From Candidatus Daviesbacteria bacterium (GTDB taxonomy: Bacteria > Patescibacteriota > Microgenomatia > Daviesbacterales > UBA10151): a DNA stretch of 64,000 nucleotides. The stretch lies in contig JACPKL010000008.1 of the NCBI GenBank assembly GCA_016187035.1, forward strand, positions 99,990 to 163,989, given 5' to 3'. Under the pieces are notes generated by a model, which saw only the letters and a program-made list of their open reading frames with translations, ran no database searches and had not been told where the DNA came from. Position numbers and translations under genes: made by a program. Below are positions 50,880 to 59,331 of the stretch, piece after piece; position 1 is the stretch's first letter, and each line of letters begins with the position of its first letter.

Positions 50880-52086
50880 ATCTGATTTTCCAATTTTTGA
50901 TGAGTACCCAAATTTAGTGTATTTGGATAATGCTGCAACTTCCCAGAAACCTCATACAGTCATAGATGCAGTGAAGCAATTTTACGTTAAATACAATGCA
51001 AATATTCACAGGGGAATTTATAAATTATCAGAAAATGCGACTCAAAAATACGAAAATGTAAGAAGTAAAGTTGCCGGATTTATTGGTTGTGATGATCCAA
51101 AAGAAATTATTTTTACCAAAAATACAAATGAAGCTATCAATCTAATAGTTTATGGTTGGGCAAGAGTGAATCTTAAAAAAGGGGATATAGTAGTCTTATC
51201 TGAAATGGAACATCATGCTAATATTGTTCCCTGGATCAGGTTGAAACAGGAGTTAGGTATTAATTTATACTTTGTTCCCCTAACTTCTGACTATGGATTG
51301 GACTACAAAAAAATATTAGCCCAAGGGTTTGATTTATCAAAAATTAAATTAGTTTCTATAGCTCATGTGTCAAATGTTTTGGGAACAATTAATCCAGTCA
51401 GTGAAATTGTAAAATTTTTAAAAGAAAATAAATTATCAGTAAAAGTATGCATAGATGCTGCCCAGTCTGTTCCTCATTTACCTATAGATATTAGGGATTT
51501 AGATTGTGATTTTTTAACCTTTTCTGCTCATAAAATGTTAGGGCCTTCCGGGGTGGGAGTGCTTTGGGCAAGACTTAAGCTTTTAGAAAGTATGGAACCG
51601 TTTTTAGCAGGAAGCCATATGATTTTAAAAGTCTTCAGGGATAATGTAATTTTTGCTGATTTTCCGGATAAATTTGAAGCAGGTACAGCTAACTTGGAAG
51701 GAGTTGTTGGGTTTGGAGCTGCAATTGATTATCTTAATAAATTAGGAATGCAAAATGTTTTTGAACATGACCAAACTTTGATGAAATATGGATTGCAAGA
51801 GCTGTCTGGTATAGATGGCTTAAAACTTTTCGGGCTCAAAGAAGCTAAAAACAGGATAGCTATTTTTTCTTTTGGATTTGAGGGAATTCATCCTCATGAT
51901 ATTGCTCAGATTTTAGATGAGGATAATATTGCTATCCGCTCCGGCCATCATTGCGCCCAACCTTTAATGGATTCAATTAAGCAGTCAGCAACTGCCCGAG
52001 CCTCCTGTTATATTTATAACAGTAAGGAGGATTTGGATAAATTAGTCATGGGTTTAAAAAAAGTTAAGCAAACATTAGGAATATAA
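50860..52086 (+). CDS. sufS: cysteine desulfurase SufS
   Basis: YLDNAATSQKP, SAHKMLGPSGVG PLP-Lys, RSGHHCAQP active-site Cys. Confidence 0.9.
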   Translation: MKVSLVKSDFPIFDEYPNLVYLDNAATSQKPHTVIDAVKQFYVKYNANIHRGIYKLSENATQKYENVRSKVAGFIGCDDPKEIIFTKNTNEAINLIVYGWARVNLKKGDIVVLSEMEHHANIVPWIRLKQELGINLYFVPLTSDYGLDYKKILAQGFDLSKIKLVSIAHVSNVLGTINPVSEIVKFLKENKLSVKVCIDAAQSVPHLPIDIRDLDCDFLTFSAHKMLGPSGVGVLWARLKLLESMEPFLAGSHMILKVFRDNVIFADFPDKFEAGTANLEGVVGFGAAIDYLNKLGMQNVFEHDQTLMKYGLQELSGIDGLKLFGLKEAKNRIAIFSFGFEGIHPHDIAQILDEDNIAIRSGHHCAQPLMDSIKQSATARASCYIYNSKEDLDKLVMGLKKVKQTLGI

Positions 52087-52091
52087 TGAGA

Positions 52092-52121
52092 CATACATTG
52101 ATACGATCGTATATATGTATG
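52092..52121. repeat. 30-nt near-perfect palindrome centred on ATACGATCGTAT
   Basis: CATACAT-TG-ATACGATCGTAT-AT-ATGTATG, between the sufS stop and the sufU start. Confidence 0.6.
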
Positions 52122-52137
52122 GGATTAGTTAATCAGA

Positions 52138-52500
52138 ATGAATAAGACTTTATATAGGGAAATAATATTGGAACACTTTAGAAATCCTTTAAACTTTGGA
52201 GAAATTTTAGATGCAGATTTTATAGTTGATGAGGATAATCCGCTTTGTGGAGATTCAGTTCACTTAACCGGTAAAGTTAATAAGGGAAAATTAACTGATA
52301 TTAAATTTAAGGGAGAAGGATGTGTGATCTCCAGGGCAGCCGGATCAATAATGACTGAGTATATTAAAAATAAAACCATCAAGGAAATTAGAAACTTTAA
52401 TCAAAAAGATTTTTTATCCCTTATAGAAATTCCTTTAACTGTAACCAGATTAAAATGTGCCCTGCTGCCTTTCTCTGCTTTACAAAAAGCTTTAAAATAA
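52138..52500 (+). CDS. sufU: SufU/IscU-like Fe-S scaffold
   Basis: HFRNP.NFG, NPLCGD, GEGCVIS, RLKCALLP. Confidence 0.8.
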   Translation: MNKTLYREIILEHFRNPLNFGEILDADFIVDEDNPLCGDSVHLTGKVNKGKLTDIKFKGEGCVISRAAGSIMTEYIKNKTIKEIRNFNQKDFLSLIEIPLTVTRLKCALLPFSALQKALK

Positions 52501-54099
52501 AGGTGGTTGGGTATCGCGATCTAGTCGAATCCTCCCTCTAGTTGTATCTGATATCTTGCTATCAATTGTGTCAATTTGCTCTATAAAAAATTGTAGCTTA
52601 CCAAATTCTTGTTTATGTTGGTTAATATATTGATAAGCTAAAAACTCTGATAGTCTAAATGATTGCCAATCTTTATATGAAGTATATTTCTCATTCAAAT
52701 ATTGTAAACGGCGAGATAATTGCATGAGAGAGGTACGGAGCCAATAGATTTTTCTTCCATCTTCTGCAGTTAAATCTTCTACTTTTATTTGATACATAAT
52801 CGGTATTTGGATTTGGGCTTCATTTAAAACTTGCTTCCAGGCAGGGTAAGCATCAGAAGATAGATTGGTTAGATAATAATAATCAACCTCTTTATTAACA
52901 GTAGGTTTGAAGCGGGTAGCTATTAAACCATCAACGTCAATGATGTTAAAAAGCAGCATCGCTAAAATTGTAACTGTGCCGGCTGCAATAAAAATATTTC
53001 TTTCTGTTTGCTTCTTAATAACTTCTATCAATAAAATTATTAGTATTAAGCAAAGCCAGACAAAAAAGATCATTCCAAAACCCCTAGCTCTAGTTAAACC
53101 ATGGGTTTGTATATAAAGGTTTACTCTTTGAAAAGCTGAAAGCAAAATTAGTACGGTTTCTAAAATTAAAAGAATAGATAAAGCTTGAGTGATATTTTTT
53201 TGCTTAATTTGTAACCGATGCATGAATTTTAAAATGTAAATCACTATTAATGAGGCAATTACTGAAACAATTAATAGTTCAAAAAACCCTTTTCTAACAT
53301 ACTCTGAATACGTTTGAGAATTTATCCCAATAGATCCAAGATTTGATTCTGATGCTTTATAAAATAAATATTGAAACTGAACAAAAATAAATGCAGCAAA
53401 AAGAATTGTGACACTGCCTGAAATTATTAATAATTCGTAGAATTTACCCAAAGCTAATTTTGAAGTATTAGCAGAGTCCGTAAAGGCCTTTTTAATTTGA
53501 GTGATTGAAGCAACAAAAAGAAATATAAAAAGAATTAATGAAATAAACAATCTTTCTTTAATATCTTTAAATAATAGATTGGCTAGTTTTCCAAAAACCG
53601 GATCGGCATTTGTTAGCAAAAGAAAAAGTATAAATACTAAAGGAATTGTGATTAATACCCCTTTTGTAATTGAAGAAAAATTATCTGATTTAAAATCATC
53701 GGTATTTATATCTTTGGAGTTAAGAATTTTTAAGCTACTAGTTAAATAACTGATTGTTGAATAAAATGGTATTAAAAGTGCATTAATTATTTTAAGGAAA
53801 AAAGCTTCTTCTGTTTTGTAAAGATAAAAAGCTAATATCAAGAAAAAAGAAACTGCAATAAAATTTGAGATTTGAACTACTCCCGAGTCTCTCCATCCAA
53901 ACATGGATCCAAAAATTACTGAAATAGCAGAAAAAACTAATGCCAGTTTAATATTTTTAGTTTTAGGATTTCTAGTTAAGAAATAAAAAAAATTTAAACC
54001 AAAAACCAAAACCCCTATTCCAATACCAGGTTGGACATGATAAAAAAATAGGTTATAAAGGAGGACAAAAACTAAAATAAGTAAAAGATTTTTTACCAT
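52492..54099 (-). CDS. polytopic membrane protein of unknown function (possibly DUF4153/DUF4173-like)
   Basis: Roughly 12 predicted hydrophobic helices followed by a roughly 130-aa soluble C-terminal region. No catalytic motif recognised. Confidence 0.55.
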   Translation of the reverse strand: MVKNLLLILVFVLLYNLFFYHVQPGIGIGVLVFGLNFFYFLTRNPKTKNIKLALVFSAISVIFGSMFGWRDSGVVQISNFIAVSFFLILAFYLYKTEEAFFLKIINALLIPFYSTISYLTSSLKILNSKDINTDDFKSDNFSSITKGVLITIPLVFILFLLLTNADPVFGKLANLLFKDIKERLFISLILFIFLFVASITQIKKAFTDSANTSKLALGKFYELLIISGSVTILFAAFIFVQFQYLFYKASESNLGSIGINSQTYSEYVRKGFFELLIVSVIASLIVIYILKFMHRLQIKQKNITQALSILLILETVLILLSAFQRVNLYIQTHGLTRARGFGMIFFVWLCLILIILLIEVIKKQTERNIFIAAGTVTILAMLLFNIIDVDGLIATRFKPTVNKEVDYYYLTNLSSDAYPAWKQVLNEAQIQIPIMYQIKVEDLTAEDGRKIYWLRTSLMQLSRRLQYLNEKYTSYKDWQSFRLSEFLAYQYINQHKQEFGKLQFFIEQIDTIDSKISDTTRGRIRLDRDTQPPLF

Positions 54100-54207
54100 T
54101 GTAGTTTTATACAGTCAGAGCATTATATCATATATGAATTGTATCATCGTAGTTGATAATACAAAAAGATTATGGTACGATTGGATTGTAACTAACGTTA
54201 TAGGATT

Positions 54208-54273
54208 ATGATTAATATTGTTATGTTAAGAAAATCTTTAATTCTCCTTGCTGTCCTTATAAGCCAAGTTTAA
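54208..54273 (+). promoter_or_regulatory. ilv leader peptide ORF (21 codons, 12 Ile/Leu/Val)
   Basis: MINIVMLRKSLILLAVLISQV*. AGGA lies just upstream. The stop codon abuts attenuator region 2. Confidence 0.5.
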
Positions 54274-54305
54274 CTTGGAGGGAGACTAAAGATTTAAATT
54301 TTAAG

Positions 54306-54332
54306 ATCTCCCTAAGCAGGGAGATTTTTTTT
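54306..54332 (+). terminator. attenuator terminator (regions 3:4)
   Basis: ATCTCCCT 54306-54313, loop AAGC, AGGGAGAT 54318-54325, with the stem running into an 8-T run at 54325-54332. The competing antiterminator is AGGGAGA 54279-54285 with TCTCCCT 54307-54313. Confidence 0.65.
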
Positions 54333-54387
54333 GGAGAAAAAAATTATCTACCTACAGCTATCAGCTGTCAGATAAAAAATAAAAAAT

Positions 54388-54416
54388 TTGACGGCTGATG
54401 ACTAAAGGTTGATAAT
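54388..54416 (+). promoter_or_regulatory. promoter-like element immediately upstream of ilvE
   Basis: TTGACG 54388-54393, 17-nt spacer, GATAAT 54411-54416. ATG 54425 is 8 nt downstream, with no SD. Confidence 0.4.
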
Positions 54417-54424
54417 TACATTGT

Positions 54425-55366
54425 ATGTCAAATCAAAAGCAGAAAGCAGAATATTTTCCCTATGCCTTTTTCCAAGAAAAAATAGTTCGTGTGGAAGATG
54501 CCAAAATATCTATTATGACTAATGCTTTACAATATGGCACTGGGATCTTTGCCGGTATCAGGGGTTATTATAATGAAAACAACGGTAAACCTTTTTTATC
54601 TGTTTTCAGGATAGAAGATCATTACACCAGGTTTTTGAATTCTTTAAAAATTATTGGAGTAAGTTTGGGTTACAATAAAGAGCAACTGATTGATATTACA
54701 CTAAACTTACTTAAGAAAAATAACCCCCACAAAGATACTTATGTCAGGCCTTTGGCTTACGCAGGAAGCGTTAATTTATCACCAAATTTAACCCGTGATA
54801 ACAAGTTTGACCTGGCCATTTATACCATTCCTTTGGGTGATTATTTACCAACAAATAAAGGTCTTTCTGCTAAAGTCTCTTCTTTTAGAAGAATATCTGA
54901 TAATGCTATTCCTGCCAGGGCAAAAATTTCAGGAGCATATATTAACTCAGCCTTAGCCAGAAAAGAAGCAGCAGATGCCGGTTTTGATGAAGCGATCTTT
55001 TTAACAGAAGACGGTCATGTAGCAGAAGGTTCTGCTGAAAATATATTTATTGTTAGAAATGGGATTTTAATTACCCCCCCAGTTTCTGATGAAGTTTTGG
55101 AAGGAGTTACCAGAAGAACTGTGATGGAGATTGCCAAGGAGGAAGATATCCCGGTTTTGGAAAGAAGCATTGACAGGTCTGAAATTTATATTGCTGATGA
55201 GGCTTTCTTCTGTGGTACCGGCGTGCAAGTTGTCTGGATTAATAATGTTGACGGAAGACAATTAGGCAATGGCAAGCGCGGACTGATTACTGCCAAAATT
55301 CAAGATAAATACTTCGGAATCGTCAGAGCCGGTGAGAGGCAGTGTACCAGGCTTAACCTTGTCTAA
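54425..55366 (+). CDS. ilvE: branched-chain amino acid aminotransferase
   Basis: Class IV aminotransferase: ALQYGTGIFAGIRGY, AKISGAYINS, EGSAENIF, LEGVTR. Confidence 0.9.
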   Translation: MSNQKQKAEYFPYAFFQEKIVRVEDAKISIMTNALQYGTGIFAGIRGYYNENNGKPFLSVFRIEDHYTRFLNSLKIIGVSLGYNKEQLIDITLNLLKKNNPHKDTYVRPLAYAGSVNLSPNLTRDNKFDLAIYTIPLGDYLPTNKGLSAKVSSFRRISDNAIPARAKISGAYINSALARKEAADAGFDEAIFLTEDGHVAEGSAENIFIVRNGILITPPVSDEVLEGVTRRTVMEIAKEEDIPVLERSIDRSEIYIADEAFFCGTGVQVVWINNVDGRQLGNGKRGLITAKIQDKYFGIVRAGERQCTRLNLV

Positions 55367-55378
55367 ACTACAAAACCT

Positions 55379-57064
55379 ATGAAACTTTCCGGCGGCCGCA
55401 TTTTAATGGAGTCTTTGCTAGAAAACCAAACTGATCTGATTTTTGGTTACCCTGGCGGGGCCATCATGCCAATTTATGATGCCCTTTATGATTATAAAGA
55501 TAAACTAAAGCATGTTTTAGTGCGTCACGAGCAAGGGGCAGCGCATGCTGCCGAAGGTTATGCCAGATTAAGCGGAAAAGTCGGGGTCTGTTTTGCCACC
55601 TCCGGCCCGGGAGCCACCAATCTGGTAACAGGAATTGCTGATGCCATGATGGACTCAGTGCCGCTGGTTTGTATCACAGGCCAGGTTTATGCAAATTTAC
55701 TGGGTACAGATGCTTTTCAGGAAACAGACATGATTGGTGTGACCACCCCTATTACTAAATGGAATTATCAAATTACAAAGCCTGATGAGGTGGCTGAAAC
55801 TATTGCCAAAGCTTTTTATATTGCCCGGACCGGCAGACCAGGGCCTGTATTAATAGATATTACCAAAAATGCTCAGATTGAAAAAGCAGACTTTAAATAC
55901 CCTCAAAAAATCTCTATTCCTTCATTTAAACTGCCTGGTAAACCAAATGATAATTTAGTAAAACAGGCTGCCAAATTAATCAATAATGCCCAAAAACCAT
56001 TTTTAATAGCAGGACATGGAGTAATTATTTCTAAAGCTTTTAATCAGCTAAAAACTTTAGCCCAAAAGGCGGATATTCCTGTTGCTTCAACTTTATTGGG
56101 TTTATCTGCCATACCTTCAAGCCACCCTTTAAGTATGGGTATTTTGGGTATGCATGGCAAGTATTCTACTAATGTCTTAACTAATCAGGCAGATGTAATT
56201 ATCGCAGTTGGAATGAGGTTTGATGACCGGGTGACTGGCCGGCTTAGTGAATATGCCAAACAGGCCAAGATTATCCATATAGATATTGACGCATCAGAAA
56301 TAAACAAAAATACCATTGCCAATGTAGCTATTAACGCTGATGCAAAATCAGCGCTAGAAGCTTTGATTCCTAAAATTAGCAAAAATGAACACACATCATG
56401 GCTGTCTGAGTTTAACAGGCTGGACCAGATTGAATTTGAAAAAGTCACCACTAAAGAGTTAACACCTCAAAATAACAAAATTAAAATGGCTCAGGTGGTA
56501 AATATGCTGTCAGATAAGACCAAAGGAAGGGCGGTTGTGGTGGCTGATGTAGGACAGCACCAGATGGTGACAGCCCGCTATTTTAAGTTTCAAAAAAATA
56601 ATTCATTTTTAACCTCAGGAGGAGCAGGTACCATGGGTTATGCTTTGCCAGCTGCTATTGGAGCAAAAATGGCCCAGCCCCAGACAGAGGTAATTGCCAT
56701 TATTGGTGATGGTTCTTTCCAAATGACAATCCAGGAATTGGCCACCATTGCCCAGGAAGGGATAGCCATCAAAATAATTATCCTGAACAATAAATTTTTA
56801 GGAATGGTCAGGCAATGGCAAGATTTATTTTTTGATAAAAGATATTCTTTTGTGGATTTAAAAAACCCTGATTTTGTAGCTGTTGCTAAAGGATTTTATA
56901 TTTATGGGGAAAAAGTAACCAGCTATTCGGATTTGGAAAAAGCAATTGAAAGACTTTTGAAAGCTAAAAAATCCTATCTGTTGGAAGTGGAAGTGGAAAA
57001 AGAAACCAATGTTTTTCCCATGGTGCCTGCCGGAGCATCTGTCGAAGAAGTGAGGTTAGAATGA
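55379..57064 (+). CDS. ilvB: acetolactate synthase large subunit
   Basis: ThDP enzyme: GYPGGAIMPIYDAL, TSGPGATNLVTGIADA, GDGSFQMTIQEL. Confidence 0.9.
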   Translation: MKLSGGRILMESLLENQTDLIFGYPGGAIMPIYDALYDYKDKLKHVLVRHEQGAAHAAEGYARLSGKVGVCFATSGPGATNLVTGIADAMMDSVPLVCITGQVYANLLGTDAFQETDMIGVTTPITKWNYQITKPDEVAETIAKAFYIARTGRPGPVLIDITKNAQIEKADFKYPQKISIPSFKLPGKPNDNLVKQAAKLINNAQKPFLIAGHGVIISKAFNQLKTLAQKADIPVASTLLGLSAIPSSHPLSMGILGMHGKYSTNVLTNQADVIIAVGMRFDDRVTGRLSEYAKQAKIIHIDIDASEINKNTIANVAINADAKSALEALIPKISKNEHTSWLSEFNRLDQIEFEKVTTKELTPQNNKIKMAQVVNMLSDKTKGRAVVVADVGQHQMVTARYFKFQKNNSFLTSGGAGTMGYALPAAIGAKMAQPQTEVIAIIGDGSFQMTIQELATIAQEGIAIKIIILNNKFLGMVRQWQDLFFDKRYSFVDLKNPDFVAVAKGFYIYGEKVTSYSDLEKAIERLLKAKKSYLLEVEVEKETNVFPMVPAGASVEEVRLE

Positions 57065-57537
57065 ACATCACTATTACCATTTACTCAGAAAACAAACCAG
57101 GAGTTCTTTACAGGATTGCCAATTTGTTTTTAAGAAGAAAAGTCAATATTGAATCCTTGACTGTGTCAGAAATTAAAAGCGAAGACAGATCCCGTTTTAC
57201 CATTGTAGTTAAAGAGGATTTGTCACTGGTTGCAAAAATTGCCAAACAGTTGGAAAGGATTATTGAAGTAAGCAGCGTAGAAATTCATACTGATAATGAG
57301 TTGATTTTTAAAGATGCAGCGTTAATTAAAATAAGTAAAAATCCAAAGGTGGTAAAGAAATTAGATAGTATTATTAGTCTGCTTAAAGCAAGTATAGCTT
57401 ATCAAAACGATAAATATATCATCATTGAGAAATTGGGGACAGAGGAAGATATAGATTTGTTAGTATCAACCTTAGAACCTTTTGTTAAAGAAACAGTGAA
57501 ATCAGGACGTATTGCTTTGCCAAAAAACGGACAGTAA
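57061..57537 (+). CDS. ilvN: acetolactate synthase small (regulatory) subunit
   Basis: ACT domain ..ENKPGVLYRIANLF.RR..NIESL.V. Confidence 0.85.
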   Translation: MNITITIYSENKPGVLYRIANLFLRRKVNIESLTVSEIKSEDRSRFTIVVKEDLSLVAKIAKQLERIIEVSSVEIHTDNELIFKDAALIKISKNPKVVKKLDSIISLLKASIAYQNDKYIIIEKLGTEEDIDLLVSTLEPFVKETVKSGRIALPKNGQ

Positions 57538-57556
57538 GATATACTTAGTCAAATTT

Positions 57557-58549
57557 ATGAAAAAGATTTATTACGATCAGGATACAGATTTGAAAGTATT
57601 AAGGAATAAAACCGTAGCTGTTTTTGGGTATGGCAGCCAGGGTTCTGCCCAGGCTCAAAACATGAGAGACTCAGGGGTTTCAGTTATTTTGGGTTTAAGA
57701 AGAGATGGCAGCTCCTGGTCTCAAGCTATGGAGGATGGTTTTCAGGTTTTTGAATTTAAGGAAGCTGCCAAACGGGCAGATATTTTGCATTTCCTGCTGC
57801 CTGATGAAAGGCATTTAGAAGTGTTTGAAGAAATTAAAGAGTTTATTACACCCGGTAAAACAATTGTTTGCAGCCATGGGTTTAATTTCCATTTTCAGGT
57901 GATTAATCCGCCAAAAGAAGTAGATGTAATTATGGTTGCTCCCAAAGCTCCGGGTCCGACTGTCAGGAGAGAATATGTTAATGGTTTTGGAGTGCCTGCT
58001 TTAATTGCTGTTTTTAAAAATGCTTCAGGAAAAGCCAAGGAAACTGCCCTGGCCCTGGCTAAGGCTAACGGCCATACGCGGGTGGGGGTTTTTGAAACAA
58101 CATTTAAATTTGAAACAGAAACAGATCTTTTTGGGGAGCAGACAGTGCTTTGCGGGGGAGTGGTGGAGTTGATGAGAATGGGTTTTGACACACTGACAGC
58201 AAATGGTTATCCGCCGGAAATTGCTTATTTTGAGTGTGTCCATGAGATGAAATTAATTGTCGATTTGATCTATCAGGGCGGTATGCTGGGCATGTATAAA
58301 AAAGTCTCAAACACTGCTAAGTTTGGAGGACTGACTGTTGGCCCGAAAGTTATTCCAGCCCAAACTAAAAAAGTAATGCAAAAAGCCTTAGATAAAATTA
58401 AATCAGGACAATTTAAAGCTAGTTGGATAGATAAAGAATTTAAAAAAGATAAATTAAAAAATTTAGATAAGATGTTGGATATGGTGTCAAAATGGCAGGT
58501 TGAGAAAGTAGGCAAGATTATCCGTCAGTTTGCAGGACTATCGGACTGA
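57557..58549 (+). CDS. ilvC: ketol-acid reductoisomerase
   Basis: VAVFGYGSQGSAQAQNMRDSG, GFNFHF, LFGEQTVLCGG. ATG 57557. The stop region overlaps repeat fragment 58535-58566. Confidence 0.9.
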   Translation: MKKIYYDQDTDLKVLRNKTVAVFGYGSQGSAQAQNMRDSGVSVILGLRRDGSSWSQAMEDGFQVFEFKEAAKRADILHFLLPDERHLEVFEEIKEFITPGKTIVCSHGFNFHFQVINPPKEVDVIMVAPKAPGPTVRREYVNGFGVPALIAVFKNASGKAKETALALAKANGHTRVGVFETTFKFETETDLFGEQTVLCGGVVELMRMGFDTLTANGYPPEIAYFECVHEMKLIVDLIYQGGMLGMYKKVSNTAKFGGLTVGPKVIPAQTKKVMQKALDKIKSGQFKASWIDKEFKKDKLKNLDKMLDMVSKWQVEKVGKIIRQFAGLSD

Positions 58550-58566
58550 ACGAAGCGAAGGAGATC
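58535..58566. repeat. type A internal fragment
   Basis: GGACTATCGGACTGAACGAAGCGAAGGAGATC against GGAATCGGACTGAGCGAAGCGACGTGGCAATC (32016-32047), about 26/32 by eye. Contains the ilvC stop codon. Confidence 0.55.
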
Positions 58567-58614
58567 GTTTGCAAACAAGTCTCCAGTGGAGAGTTTTTTG
58601 ACAAGGGGAGAGAA

Positions 58615-59331
58615 ATGATTAAACTGACTGGTGTAAGTCTGGCCCGGAATAAAAGGGTGATATTAGAGGATTTGAATTGGGAAGTAAAAAAAGGTGAGCA
58701 TTGGGCGGTTCTCGGTGGCAATGGCGCCGGTAAAACTATGCTTTTGAAAATGCTCTCGGGTTACCTTTGGCCAAGTAAAGGTGAGATTTTTGTATTGGGT
58801 AAAAAGTTTGGGGAAGTGGATTTATCTGCTCTACGCCAGACTATTGGCTGGGTTAGTTTTGACTTGCAGAAAGTGGTGGGGGAGGTTAGCGCATGTGAAG
58901 TTGTTTTGTCAGGGTATTTTGCTTCAATTGGTTTATATAAAAAACCAACTGAACAAATTTTGAAAAGAGCAGATAAACTTTTAAAATTTGTCGGACTTAA
59001 AGAGCATAAAGACAATTTGTTCTCCCACTTGTCTTATGGAGAGCAGAAAAAGATTTTAATAGCCAGAAGTTTGATAAGCAAACCAAAGCTTTTGCTTTTG
59101 GATGAGCCATGTTCCGGATTGGATATGAAAGCAAGAGAAGAATTTTTGCTCTTTGTGGATAAGGTGGCAAAACAAAAAAATGGTCCAACCATTATTTTAG
59201 TGACTCATCACCTTGAAGAAATTATACCAGGTATGACTCATGTTTTGGCTTTAAAACAAGGGCAGATAGTGGGTAAAGGTGAAAAGAGAGAAATATTAAC
59301 TGAAGCATTAATAAAGAAAGTATTTGCATGA
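58615..59331 (+). CDS. stand-alone ABC-type ATPase (no permease partner in the window)
   Basis: GGNGAGKT Walker A, LSYGEQKK signature, LLLLDEP Walker B, VTHH switch. Confidence 0.8.
   Translation: MIKLTGVSLARNKRVILEDLNWEVKKGEHWAVLGGNGAGKTMLLKMLSGYLWPSKGEIFVLGKKFGEVDLSALRQTIGWVSFDLQKVVGEVSACEVVLSGYFASIGLYKKPTEQILKRADKLLKFVGLKEHKDNLFSHLSYGEQKKILIARSLISKPKLLLLDEPCSGLDMKAREEFLLFVDKVAKQKNGPTIILVTHHLEEIIPGMTHVLALKQGQIVGKGEKREILTEALIKKVFA

Noticed and set aside
54208-54273. The hydrophobic 21-aa mini-ORF as a type I toxin or small membrane protein with its own terminator
   Set aside because: The duplicated AGGGAGA segments create mutually exclusive 2:3 and 3:4 pairings, and the location is upstream of ilv genes. 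Both fit attenuation better, but the alternative remains testable.
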